Of a stretch of 64,000 bases of DNA, positions 1-8,993 are shown piece after piece; position 1 is the stretch's first letter; every line of letters starts with the position of its first letter. The notes beneath the pieces were generated by a model, which saw only the letters and a list, made by a program, of their open reading frames with translations, had not been told where the DNA came from and ran no database searches. Made by a program: the position numbers and the translations under genes. This DNA is from an uncultured Candidatus Saccharibacteria bacterium (GTDB lineage: Bacteria > Patescibacteriota > Saccharimonadia > Saccharimonadales > UBA4665): assembly GCA_964554245.1 (NCBI GenBank), contig CAZKNP010000002.1, positions 9,894 to 73,893 of the forward strand, in the 5' to 3' direction.

Positions 1-263
1 TAGAGCAGGAAGTGCCTGTAAAGATCCAGGTTCGTCGCGTAAACGAGGGTCAATAGCTGATATAAATTCAGCTTAGAGGGTCAGCATATGAACGTGTTGG
101 TGCTTGCAATTGTTTTAATGAGCTTGGGTCGGAGTGCGATACTCGGCTTAGCTCCAAAGTTATGGATTTCGAACTGGAACTCCAAGAGGCGGCGAGCCTT
201 GGCTGTCGTAGCGATTGAATCGAGCGACGTCTAAGGGTTAGCCTATTTTGATCTAATCATGAA

Positions 264-293
264 AAGCGCGGTGTTTAAGGCACTGCGCTTTTT
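264..293 (+). terminator. Rho-independent terminator ending an upstream + strand transcript
   Basis: 10-bp stem AAGCGCGGTG/CACTGCGCTT (one G-U) with a 7-nt loop, followed by a T-run (289-293). Confidence 0.7.
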
Positions 294-341
294 GGTGGTT
301 TAGCGCTACTGCCATAAAGATGTATTCCCTATAACGCTTAG

Positions 342-370
342 TTGATAATTTTATCTGCTGGCTATACAAT
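342..370 (+). promoter_or_regulatory. sigma70-type promoter of the 1121-aa orphan gene
   Basis: TTGATA (342-347), exact 17-nt spacer, TACAAT (365-370). The TTG that opens the track ORF at 342 is this -35 box. Confidence 0.5.
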
Positions 371-407
371 AAAGGTTAGCAATATCAAACAAAAAATAAA
401 TAAAAAT

Positions 408-3400
408 ATGCCACTTAGAGAATACTTCAATCCCGCCTCGCATACTATGTCGCCTGGAGTCGACGGAGCGGATGCGACCGAATGGCAGGCCGTAGGCCTG
501 GATCCTGCTAATATTGTCGCTCATCCAGGCGATCTAATCGCACTAGGACAACCTGATGTAGTGGCGGAGGAAGGTATGGTAGGGCAGGAGCGCAGCCCGT
601 TATCGACCGTCATTGGTAGGGTGGTGATGGAGTCACAGGTAGTAAAGATATTGCCAGAGGGAGACACAGACGTAGTCCGCAGGTCTGATCTCGGCATGTC
701 ATCAGAGGGGCGTCTATCTGAAGAAAAGAACAAGGCAAATGAATTTATCGGGTTGCTAGAGCAGGCGTATTTACCTAGTGAAGAACAGGATCGTAATGTG
801 GTGTCGGTACATCATCTTGCCAAGGAGTTGGCAGATAGTCCGGAGCTTATCGGTGGTTTGACAGAGTTAGCCGAGTTGGGAGAGCTTTCCGAGTGGGATA
901 GGCTTAGGATTGCTGTCGTTTCTGACAGGGCAGTGTCAGCGAGAGCTGAGAACGACTTCTCGTTCGAGGATCTGTTTGACAATGAAGATGCTGTCACCGA
1001 GGCAGCTATAGAGCCAGCGGCTCCGATAGTAAGCGAGGAAATACTGAACCTTAAACGATTGTGTGGGGGCGAAGAATCGGCTGATTTCTATCATCAGGAA
1101 ATATTCTTGAAACGTTATGCTACTGTCGCAGATGAGGTAACGGTAGACGAGGCGAGGGTATATGACTCATGTAGGATCTATCATAAGGAATCGCACGTCG
1201 AACCGGCAGGAATAAAAGAGGTGGTTGCGCTACTCGCTGAGGCATCTTCGGATGTTAAAAAAGTAATCGAGCGCAATGGGGGTAATCCGCTAACGATACT
1301 CCGTTCAGGCAATATGATAGACGAGGTCATGAAAGATGTTGCCGAGAATAATAGGGATGAATCTTTGAGGGATATAGCGAATTTTCTAGATCTTGACAAT
1401 GAACAGAGTCGGAGCCGCGATGCGGTGGTGGCGCTGATTGAAAAAGGGGCTAGTATCGTAGCGGTGCAAAGGCTGTTTGGTAATGTTGATAATGTAAAAA
1501 AGCTTGCTGAGGTCGACGGAGATCAAGCATGGGATATATTTGCAAAATTAACTAAATTTCCAGAAATTGACTTCTATAAAGGAGCATATGCTAATGAAAG
1601 CTTTACGGTTGAGCAAATAATATTCAATCCTTCTGATTTTGCCCCAATGGCAGACGAGTTTGCTGATCGTTACGAAGAAGCCCGTGAGCTCGGCTATAGC
1701 CCGAACATGATTTCCGGTGCGCTAGCCCATAATCTTAGCGTTTATGCGCAAAACAACATGCCATTAGGTAAAGGCATTGGAGAAGTTCGTAAAATGCGCA
1801 TGGCCGCACTGTTTGATGCTATGGAGATTGCGGGTGGGTACGGGGCGAAGTTAGGCGAGTTGATGAGTGGCTCGGTTGAGGGTAGTTATGGAGTTATCGA
1901 TAGTCTACAAAACAAGATTCTTGAAGAAGGTGAAGTTAAAAACGCTACTAAACTAGCTGCCGATATCGAGCGTGCTTATTTGGCAGTGGCTGATCTAAGA
2001 GAGAGGGCGGGTGTGCATTTTGCGGACATAGCGAGCGTTCTGTTGCGTCAAGGTGACCCTGTGCGGATAGAGAAAAACTGCGAACTTATCAAGGCGATCT
2101 TGCCTTATGCGGATTTTTTGCAAGATTATGGCGATGACATGAAACCAGTCTTGAGGGGCTTGGGCTTAAAAAACATTTTAAATCGACGGCTACCAGAGCA
2201 TGGTTCAAGGAATGAGGAATACAAAACCGACCTAGTCGGTAGTGTAAAAAATTTTTATAACATAACAGAAGAGTTGTCGGCCGATTCAAACTTTAAAACT
2301 GTCTTGGGGAATTATTTTTTATTTGAATCGGAGGCTGAGATGCAATTAGCCGTACTGGACGTGGTTCGCTCGGATTTTGTGAAGCGTAATCTCCCAGATA
2401 AAGATTTTAAATTTGAGTTGAGTGGTGTTATCGCCGAAATTGGCTATACAATGGGCAGGGTTAGTCTAGAAAAAGCCTGGGAGTTCACTCAGTCTGCAAA
2501 ACAAAACGGTATTCATGACTATAATTATCTTAGAAACATATTGAACTCAGAATATGCATGTAGACTAGCGGGCGTGGATGCGGATATTTTCTATAAAGTA
2601 GTCGAACAGGCTCTAGGCAGGAAAGATAAAGACGGCAATATTTATGACTATCCTACTTCTATATCTAGTTTTATGAAAGCTATGGGCGCCGAGGAGAAAA
2701 TGGATGCACATCAAAAAGAGATTCTAGAAAAAAACATTGATTGGTATGTTTCTGATGGTCTGCCGCTAGCGGCTGCCAGGATTGTTATGGATAATAGGGC
2801 AGAGGCGCTACAAAAGGACGTTAAAGATACACCGAAATCAATTTATGAATGGATTTATAGCGATACCGAAAAACTAGAAAAGTTTAGCGAGAAAACAACA
2901 CAGGATTATGTGTCTAGGCTGCTGTTGGGTAAAATGCCAAAAAAACTATCTGGCGAGGAGCTGCAGTCCATGACTGAGCGCGTGATCTTGGCTGCGAGGG
3001 AGTTTTCCAAAACGATGGAGGATGATTTTAGGGTGTTTGTGAATGTTCATCCTCAGACGTTGAATGTTTTAGGTGAAGCTGGCGCGCGCATATTATCTAC
3101 ATTTGATTTAGCAGGAGCAAGACAGAATTTTGATGGAGTGGGCGAGTATGCAGCTAATTACATCGGTCGTCGGAGTGGTGTTGAGGTTGCGCTTGGCATT
3201 CGGTCACTCGATGATACTCAGGGCCATGTTATCTACGGTCATGCTGGGTACATTGGAGACGGCGTGCCCGGGGGAGCTATCGGTTATGGTCCGATAATGC
3301 TTCAACTTTCTCCACAGAAGGTTTCTTATGATGACATGACATTCACTCCCGAAGATAGTTTCCATAATGCAACTCGCTTAACTCAGAAGGATGCACAAGC

Positions 3401-3773
3401 TATACGTATTGTTAAAAGTGGCTTGGGTATTAATGACACGAGAACGGATGAATATGTTGAAGCTCAGGTACCTTCTGTCGTAACGCTCGATGATATTGAG
3501 GCGATATATGTAAGCTCGGCGGAGGAAAAACAGGCCCTTCCTGAGGAGCTGCAGCGGAAAACGATTGTGCGACTCAGTACGGCTTCGGCGCCATCGTACT
3601 CTGCTACAAGGGAGAAAACATTTATAGAACAACTGAAACGAGATTTCGGATTAGGTATAGACTCAGAAAACACAGCAATCGGCACCCCAGTAGGCGGGGA
3701 TCTGACTGGCGAGGACTTGCTGGCTGTTGACGGCTCAACGGGTGGAGCTGGTATCTTTGAATCCGTACTTTGA
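408..3773 (+). CDS. Large acidic hypothetical protein (1121 aa from ATG 408); C-terminal ~200 aa resemble a DUF3626-type domain (tentative)
   Basis: Long uninterrupted ORF with no TM segment or signal peptide. I moved the start to the first ATG downstream of the predicted promoter. The C-terminal pattern VHPQT...ILSTF...IYGHAGY...GYGPIMLQL...MTFTPEDSF matches my memory of the DUF3626 FHPDR/YG/TF..DS pattern. This was not verified. Confidence 0.6.
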   Translation: MPLREYFNPASHTMSPGVDGADATEWQAVGLDPANIVAHPGDLIALGQPDVVAEEGMVGQERSPLSTVIGRVVMESQVVKILPEGDTDVVRRSDLGMSSEGRLSEEKNKANEFIGLLEQAYLPSEEQDRNVVSVHHLAKELADSPELIGGLTELAELGELSEWDRLRIAVVSDRAVSARAENDFSFEDLFDNEDAVTEAAIEPAAPIVSEEILNLKRLCGGEESADFYHQEIFLKRYATVADEVTVDEARVYDSCRIYHKESHVEPAGIKEVVALLAEASSDVKKVIERNGGNPLTILRSGNMIDEVMKDVAENNRDESLRDIANFLDLDNEQSRSRDAVVALIEKGASIVAVQRLFGNVDNVKKLAEVDGDQAWDIFAKLTKFPEIDFYKGAYANESFTVEQIIFNPSDFAPMADEFADRYEEARELGYSPNMISGALAHNLSVYAQNNMPLGKGIGEVRKMRMAALFDAMEIAGGYGAKLGELMSGSVEGSYGVIDSLQNKILEEGEVKNATKLAADIERAYLAVADLRERAGVHFADIASVLLRQGDPVRIEKNCELIKAILPYADFLQDYGDDMKPVLRGLGLKNILNRRLPEHGSRNEEYKTDLVGSVKNFYNITEELSADSNFKTVLGNYFLFESEAEMQLAVLDVVRSDFVKRNLPDKDFKFELSGVIAEIGYTMGRVSLEKAWEFTQSAKQNGIHDYNYLRNILNSEYACRLAGVDADIFYKVVEQALGRKDKDGNIYDYPTSISSFMKAMGAEEKMDAHQKEILEKNIDWYVSDGLPLAAARIVMDNRAEALQKDVKDTPKSIYEWIYSDTEKLEKFSEKTTQDYVSRLLLGKMPKKLSGEELQSMTERVILAAREFSKTMEDDFRVFVNVHPQTLNVLGEAGARILSTFDLAGARQNFDGVGEYAANYIGRRSGVEVALGIRSLDDTQGHVIYGHAGYIGDGVPGGAIGYGPIMLQLSPQKVSYDDMTFTPEDSFHNATRLTQKDAQAIRIVKSGLGINDTRTDEYVEAQVPSVVTLDDIEAIYVSSAEEKQALPEELQRKTIVRLSTASAPSYSATREKTFIEQLKRDFGLGIDSENTAIGTPVGGDLTGEDLLAVDGSTGGAGIFESVL

Positions 3774-4047
3774 CCCTTTTTAGTAGCGCTTCCATAATGA
3801 TGTTTCGTGTCTTCCTGGTTAGTTGTTGTTGGTTGTTTGGACGTAGATTTGATAACAGGGCTTGTGGACTGAAGCCCTATCTGTTAAAATGACACCTGTA
3901 ATTAATTAAGCAGGTGCGGGCATGTAGTCCTCCTAAGTTATTCCATGTAGGGTAACTCGGGTAGCCCGACCGGTGTGAAAGGATCGCATTCGTCAGCATT
4001 CGTATGTTGATGGGTAGGCGCCTTTTCAGAGAAAGGAAGCCAGACAA

Positions 4048-4764
4048 ATGGCGGATATAGATCTAAAACAACTACTAGAGGCTGGAGCTCACTTCGGCCA
4101 CAAAACTGAGCGTTGGCACCCAAAAATGGCTCAGTACATTCATAGCAAAAGAAACGGTAGTCATATCATTGACTTGACGAAGACTGCCGAGAAGCTTAGT
4201 GATGCACTTAGTTTCTTGACCGAAACAGCCGGTAAGGGCAAGCAGGTGCTTTTTGTTGGCACCAAGCCACAGGCTCAGTCAATCGTGAAGACTTTGGCTG
4301 AATCACTCAACCAACCATACGTCACTGAGAGGTGGCTTGGTGGCATGTTGACCAACTGGAATACCATCGGTACGCAGATTAAGCGACTAGTTGAGCTTGA
4401 AGGCAAGATGGCTAGCGGTGAGCTGGCTAACAAGTACAACAAGCTAGAGGTTCAGCGTTTCCAGGAAGAGATCGACCGACTGAATACGCTTTACGGTGGC
4501 ATCAAGCAGCTTCATGCTCGTCCAGGTGCGGTTGTAGTTTTTGATATCGTTGACAACGCTAACGCTGTAGCCGAGGCTAATAAGCTCAAGCTACCAGTTG
4601 TTGGTATTTGCGATTCAAATAGTGATCCAACAGCTATTGATTATCCGATTCCTTGCAATGACGATGCAATCAAGGCACTTCAGCTCATGGCTGATTACTT
4701 CAAAAAAGCTATCGAAACAGGTCAGGCTAAGAGCGCTAAGTCAGCTGACAAAGACGAAAAATAA
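4048..4764 (+). CDS. rpsB: 30S ribosomal protein S2
   Basis: LLEAGAHFGHKTERWHPKM signature, full-length S2, rpsB-tsf synteny, AAAGGAAG SD. Confidence 0.96.
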   Translation: MADIDLKQLLEAGAHFGHKTERWHPKMAQYIHSKRNGSHIIDLTKTAEKLSDALSFLTETAGKGKQVLFVGTKPQAQSIVKTLAESLNQPYVTERWLGGMLTNWNTIGTQIKRLVELEGKMASGELANKYNKLEVQRFQEEIDRLNTLYGGIKQLHARPGAVVVFDIVDNANAVAEANKLKLPVVGICDSNSDPTAIDYPIPCNDDAIKALQLMADYFKKAIETGQAKSAKSADKDEK

Positions 4765-4785
4765 TTCTAGAAGAGGGGAAATAAT

Positions 4786-5382
4786 ATGGCAGTTTCAATT
4801 GATGAAATCAAGCGACTACGCGAACTAACTGGCGTTGGTATGACCGATGCAAAAAAGGCCCTCGAAGAGGCTGGCGGCGACTTTGATGCTGCTCTCAAGG
4901 AGATGAGGCAGAAGGGCCTAACCAAGGCTGAAAAGCGTGGCGAGAAAGAGGCACGTCAAGGCTTAGTTGGTACCTATAACCACGATAACCGTATCGGCGT
5001 GGTCGTGGAGATTAACTGCGAAACCGATTTTGTGGCTCGTAACGAAATTTTCCAGTCGTTACTAAAGGATGTTGCTATGCATGTGGCTGCAAGCAGCCCT
5101 GTCTATGTGCAGGCCGAAGACATTCCAGAGGATGTTCGAGCAGCTAAGCGTGAAGAGCTGATGCAGAGCGAGTCTCTTAGTGGTAAGCCAGAAGAGATGA
5201 AGGGTAAAATTGTTGACGGACAGCTAGCAAAATATTTTGCAGAGCTATGCTTGCTTGAGCAGCCTTTCATTAAGAATCCTGACCAGACAGTCGGTGATTA
5301 CTTGAAGGATCATGTAGCTCGCTTGGGTGAGAACATTGTTGTGCGTCGATTCGCGCGTATCGCTCTTGGCGAGGCAGGTTAG
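4786..5382 (+). CDS. tsf: Elongation factor Ts (short form)
   Basis: N-terminal UBA-like IKRLRELTGVGMTDAKKALEEAGGDFDAAL, EINCETDFVARN motif, position after rpsB. Confidence 0.95.
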   Translation: MAVSIDEIKRLRELTGVGMTDAKKALEEAGGDFDAALKEMRQKGLTKAEKRGEKEARQGLVGTYNHDNRIGVVVEINCETDFVARNEIFQSLLKDVAMHVAASSPVYVQAEDIPEDVRAAKREELMQSESLSGKPEEMKGKIVDGQLAKYFAELCLLEQPFIKNPDQTVGDYLKDHVARLGENIVVRRFARIALGEAG

Positions 5383-5401
5383 GCAGGGACTGTAACTTGA
5401 A

Positions 5402-5432
5402 AAAACTGGCGACAAACATTCGCCAGTTTTTT
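5402..5432 (+). terminator. Rho-independent terminator after tsf
   Basis: Stem AAAACTGGCG/CGCCAGTTTT with a 9-nt loop; the T-run continues to 5432. Confidence 0.8.
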
Positions 5433-5594
5433 CTTTGAGGGATATGTTTGCTGCGCATGGCTTGTTGGGCATGCGAGAATACCCTAGCTTAAGCAAGGGT
5501 GATTATTATTACTTATCTCTGCATCGGATGGTGTATCTCGGGCGTTTTTTCTTGTATACTGAAGCGTAGCAAAAGTAAGGAGGCTTAAGGGAAT

Positions 5595-6158
5595 ATGAAT
5601 CCGCAGGCTGTTATTGACCAAGCAAAGCAGAAATTTTTAAGCGCGGTTGAGCGCTATCACGAGCAACTTAAGACCATTCGTACCGGACGGGCTAGCGCCA
5701 GCATGCTCGACGGCGTAATGGTAGATGTTTATGGAGCCCAAACGCCACTAATGCATGTTGCAAATGTGACCGCACCAGAATCTCAGCTTATTCAGATCAC
5801 CCCATTTGATCCAGGTAACATTAACCAGATCTCAGTGGCTATACGCGATAATCCTCAGCTCGGGCTAAATCCTAGTGATGACGGTCGGGTTGTTCGCATC
5901 GCTGTGCCGCCGCTTAACGAGGAGCGTCGCCGAGAGATTGTTAAGCAGCTTGGGACGAAACAGGAAGATGCCATGATCGGTCTGCGCAATATTCGTCATG
6001 AGGCAATGAACGCGTTTGACAATGCCAAGAAGGACAAAGAGATTGGCGAAGATGATGCTAAAAGATATGGCGCGCAGGTTGAGGAAGCCATGGCTACAGC
6101 TAAAAGTGATATAGAAAAAGCTTCGAAAGAAAAAGAAGCAGAAATCATGAAAGTTTAA
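5595..6158 (+). CDS. frr: Ribosome recycling factor
   Basis: Typical RRF length and sequence (LKTIRTGRASASMLDGV, RIAVPPLNEERRREIVK); AAGGAGG SD. Confidence 0.95.
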   Translation: MNPQAVIDQAKQKFLSAVERYHEQLKTIRTGRASASMLDGVMVDVYGAQTPLMHVANVTAPESQLIQITPFDPGNINQISVAIRDNPQLGLNPSDDGRVVRIAVPPLNEERRREIVKQLGTKQEDAMIGLRNIRHEAMNAFDNAKKDKEIGEDDAKRYGAQVEEAMATAKSDIEKASKEKEAEIMKV

Positions 6159-6165
6159 TTGGCAG

Positions 6166-6864
6166 ATGGCAGACGAAAAAAAACCGGTACCGCACCACCT
6201 GGGTTTAATTCTAGACGGCAACCGTCGCTGGGCAAAGGCGAACGGACTAGATCCTAATGAAGGTCACAAACGAGGCTATGAAAACCTAAAAACTATTGCT
6301 CGATCAGCTTTCGAGCGAGGCGTTAAGGTTGTGTCGGCTTACGTGTTTTCGACCGAAAACTGGAAGCGTTCTAAAGAAGAAGTCGGCTATCTAATGAAGC
6401 TACTCGAATGGGTGGTTACTAACGAGGTGAAAGAACTGGATAAAGAGGGCGTCAGGATTGTTTGGATCGGAAGTCGTCAGGATCTATCTCCTAAGCTGTT
6501 GTCTAAGATTGATGGAGTCGTTGAGCAAACATCCAGAAATACCAAGGGCACTTTAGCGCTTTGCCTTAACCACGGCGGGCACCGCGAGGTGACTGAAGCG
6601 GTCCAGCGAATAGTTGAGTCCGGAGTTAGGGCCGAGGATATAACTGAAGAATTAATTGGCCAAAATATTGATGGCGCTGATGTTCCGCCAATAGACTTAC
6701 TGGTGAGAACCAGTGGTGAGCAGCGTTTGAGTAATTTCATGCTGTGGCGCGCCGCTTATAGTGAGCTTTTGTTCAGGAGTGAGCATTGGCCAGATTTCTC
6801 CGAGCAATCGCTCGACGAGTGTTTGTTGGAATACGAAAAACGACAACGAAGGTTTGGGGGGTAG
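6166..6864 (+). CDS. uppS: Isoprenyl transferase (undecaprenyl-diphosphate synthase family)
   Basis: HLGLILDGNRRWA and RTSGEQRLSNFMLWRAAYSEL cis-prenyltransferase motifs; position after frr. Confidence 0.92.
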   Translation: MADEKKPVPHHLGLILDGNRRWAKANGLDPNEGHKRGYENLKTIARSAFERGVKVVSAYVFSTENWKRSKEEVGYLMKLLEWVVTNEVKELDKEGVRIVWIGSRQDLSPKLLSKIDGVVEQTSRNTKGTLALCLNHGGHREVTEAVQRIVESGVRAEDITEELIGQNIDGADVPPIDLLVRTSGEQRLSNFMLWRAAYSELLFRSEHWPDFSEQSLDECLLEYEKRQRRFGG

Positions 6865-6873
6865 ACTTACCGT

Positions 6874-8058
6874 ATGTGGCTATTGATTCTTGGGCTTATT
6901 TTATTCATTGGTTTAGTTGTAGTGCACGAACTAGGTCATTTTTGGGCGGCTCGCCGTAACGGTGTTGAAATAGAAGAGTTTGGCATCTTTTTCCCACCAA
7001 AACTCTGGGGCAAAAAAATGAAGAGTGGCTTTGAGTTCACAGTTAATGCCTTGCCGCTTGGTGGTTTCGTTAAGCTTAAGGGCGAGTACGATTCAGATCG
7101 TCGTCCGGGCACTTTCGGCTCTGCTAGCTTGTGGGCCAAGGTCAAGATTATGCTGGCTGGTGTGTTTATCAACCTGGTGACAGCAATCGGTCTATTCACG
7201 ATTCTAGCTTTGGTTGGTATGCCGCAGATTTTCCCGAATCAGTTTAAAATTGCGTCTGATGCCAGGCAGGTGAATGAAGAAAAGACAGCCGTCATTATCG
7301 GCAACGTTCAAGAAGGTTCTTTAGCGGAAAAGGCTGGCATTAAGGCTGGCGATAAGCTACTGTCGGTTGGTGCTGTCGGTGAAGAAGCAAATAATATCAC
7401 TAAAGCCGATGAGTTTATAGCATTTACCGGCGCTCATCAAGGCCAAGAGATGACTGTCAAATACGAGCGCGACGGAAAGGTTCGTGAGGTGACGTCAGCG
7501 CTAAGGTCGGCTGAGGAAATCGCTGAGGCTAAGAAGCGGGGCAAGGAAATAGGCGCCTTTGGCGTGAGTCTTGGTAATGCGGTTGAGGAGATTGGTGTGG
7601 TGCGCCATACTTGGTCGGCACCGATTGTGGCGCTTGGCACGACAGCTCAGCTGACGCAGTTGACATTCGAAGGGCTTGGCAAGGCGTTGGCAGGCCTGGG
7701 TGGAATAATTGCTGGTGCTGTCACTGGAAATAGCGAAGCTCGTCAGTCGGCCCAGACGACAGCTTCGAGCCAGGTCGGCGGACCGGTAGCAATATTCATG
7801 ACCCTAAAAGAAGGTTCTCGCTTAGGTGTAGCTTTTGTATTGACCATAATCGCTTATATTTCGCTGATGTTAGCCATTATGAACGTCTTGCCAATCCCAG
7901 CTCTTGACGGCGGTAGACTATTCGTAATGCTAATAGCTAGGCTTATCAAGAAGCCATTGACGCCAAAAGTTGAAGAATGGATTTACGGCACAGGCTTTAT
8001 TTTCCTGTTGGCACTGATTGTTCTCATAACCATCGTTGATGTTAAGAGGTTCTTCTGA
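6874..8058 (+). CDS. rseP: M50 site-2 protease (RseP/RasP type) with PDZ domain
   Basis: HELGHF zinc motif, central PDZ-like segment, NVLPIPALDGG motif, multi-TM. Ends in TGA at 8056-8058. Confidence 0.88.
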   Translation: MWLLILGLILFIGLVVVHELGHFWAARRNGVEIEEFGIFFPPKLWGKKMKSGFEFTVNALPLGGFVKLKGEYDSDRRPGTFGSASLWAKVKIMLAGVFINLVTAIGLFTILALVGMPQIFPNQFKIASDARQVNEEKTAVIIGNVQEGSLAEKAGIKAGDKLLSVGAVGEEANNITKADEFIAFTGAHQGQEMTVKYERDGKVREVTSALRSAEEIAEAKKRGKEIGAFGVSLGNAVEEIGVVRHTWSAPIVALGTTAQLTQLTFEGLGKALAGLGGIIAGAVTGNSEARQSAQTTASSQVGGPVAIFMTLKEGSRLGVAFVLTIIAYISLMLAIMNVLPIPALDGGRLFVMLIARLIKKPLTPKVEEWIYGTGFIFLLALIVLITIVDVKRFF

Positions 8059-8063
8059 GAGGT

Positions 8064-8918
8064 ATGGCAGACAAGGGCAAATTGAGTCAATCTGTGTCAG
8101 ACAAGCGTCTGCCGGAGCTACCAATTGATCCGCGTGCTCAGATAGAAAAACCAGAAGCTATAGATAGCAACTCCAAATCATCAAAACCAACTTGGGGTCC
8201 AATAGCTGGCGTTCTTTATGGTTTCTTTGTGGCCCTGCTGGGCGTACAGCTAATAGTTGGGGTTGTGATGGGTGTGGTCGCTACTCTTATGACGGGTAGT
8301 ACCGATGCGGTTGCGCAGTGGATAGAAACAATTCCTGGACAGTTTGGCTATATGCTTGTTGCGGAAGTTGTTATGGTGTTGGCAATTCTGGGTTATGTTT
8401 GGTATAGCTCTGGTAAGATTTCGATGCTTGGCATTGGTCGACTTCGTTGGTCGCATGTTGTCTATGCTTGGGTTGGCGTGGTTGGCTACTACCTTGTTTA
8501 TATGGTGGTAGCAGGGTTGTTGATGGGCGTATTTTCGGGTATTGATACTGAACAAAAACAGAATATTGGGTTCGAAAACCCTGTTTCTGTTGTCCAATAT
8601 CTTATGGTGTTTGTTAGTTTGGTGATTTTGCCGCCAATTGCCGAAGAGGTTGTTTTTCGTGGATTTATGTTCGGCGGGCTACGGCGCAAGCTATCTTTTG
8701 TGGGGGCAACCCTAATAACCAGTTTATTATTTGCTGTTGGTCATTTGCAGTTCGGCGAAGGTACGCCGCTGCTGTGGATTGCTGGCATTGATACATTTGT
8801 TCTGTCGATTGTGCTTTGTTATGTCCGCGAAAAAACCGGCAGTCTTTGGCCGGCAATAGCAATACATGCTATGAAAAATTTTGTAGCATTTCTTTTCTTG
8901 TACATCATTATTCTATAG
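8064..8918 (+). CDS. CPBP (CAAX) family intramembrane metalloprotease
   Basis: EEVVFRGF, FAVGHL and HAMKNF motifs in a polytopic membrane protein. Confidence 0.8.
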   Translation: MADKGKLSQSVSDKRLPELPIDPRAQIEKPEAIDSNSKSSKPTWGPIAGVLYGFFVALLGVQLIVGVVMGVVATLMTGSTDAVAQWIETIPGQFGYMLVAEVVMVLAILGYVWYSSGKISMLGIGRLRWSHVVYAWVGVVGYYLVYMVVAGLLMGVFSGIDTEQKQNIGFENPVSVVQYLMVFVSLVILPPIAEEVVFRGFMFGGLRRKLSFVGATLITSLLFAVGHLQFGEGTPLLWIAGIDTFVLSIVLCYVREKTGSLWPAIAIHAMKNFVAFLFLYIIIL

Positions 8919-8927
8919 CAACCAGCA

Positions 8928-8936
8928 TGGTACAAT
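8928..8936 (+). promoter_or_regulatory. Extended -10 promoter element upstream of proS
   Basis: TGgTACAAT, then a GTCACC/GGTGAC hairpin in the leader, then an AAGGAG SD. Confidence 0.4.
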
Positions 8937-8993
8937 ATTGGCAATAGTGGTCACCTTTCACTACAGGGTGACTTTGTAAGGAGATTATCAGAC

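Noticed and set aside
1-260. About 200 nt of apparently non-coding sequence upstream of the terminator at 264-293. I considered the 3' part of RNase P RNA (ACTCGGCTTAG at ~141-151 resembles the P4 3' strand ACCCGGCTTA) and tmRNA.
   Set aside because: The match is to one short motif only. The ACAGAA context is not conserved. About 110 nt separate it from the terminator, whereas RNase P ends ~20 nt after P4. No tRNA-like T-arm/CCA or tag frame is visible. Frames 2 and 3 could also be the C-terminal end of a gene truncated by the window edge (stops at ~54-56 and ~74-76). It is left unannotated. An Rfam cmscan of the full locus would settle it.
3857-4047. Hairpins AGGGCTT/AAGCCCT (3857-3878) and CACCTG/CAGGTG (3893-3916), and the ~130-nt rpsB leader, considered as a terminator and an S2 autoregulatory leader.
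   Set aside because: Neither hairpin is followed by a T-run. I cannot match the leader to the known rpsB pseudoknot motif by eye. They are plausible but unsupported.
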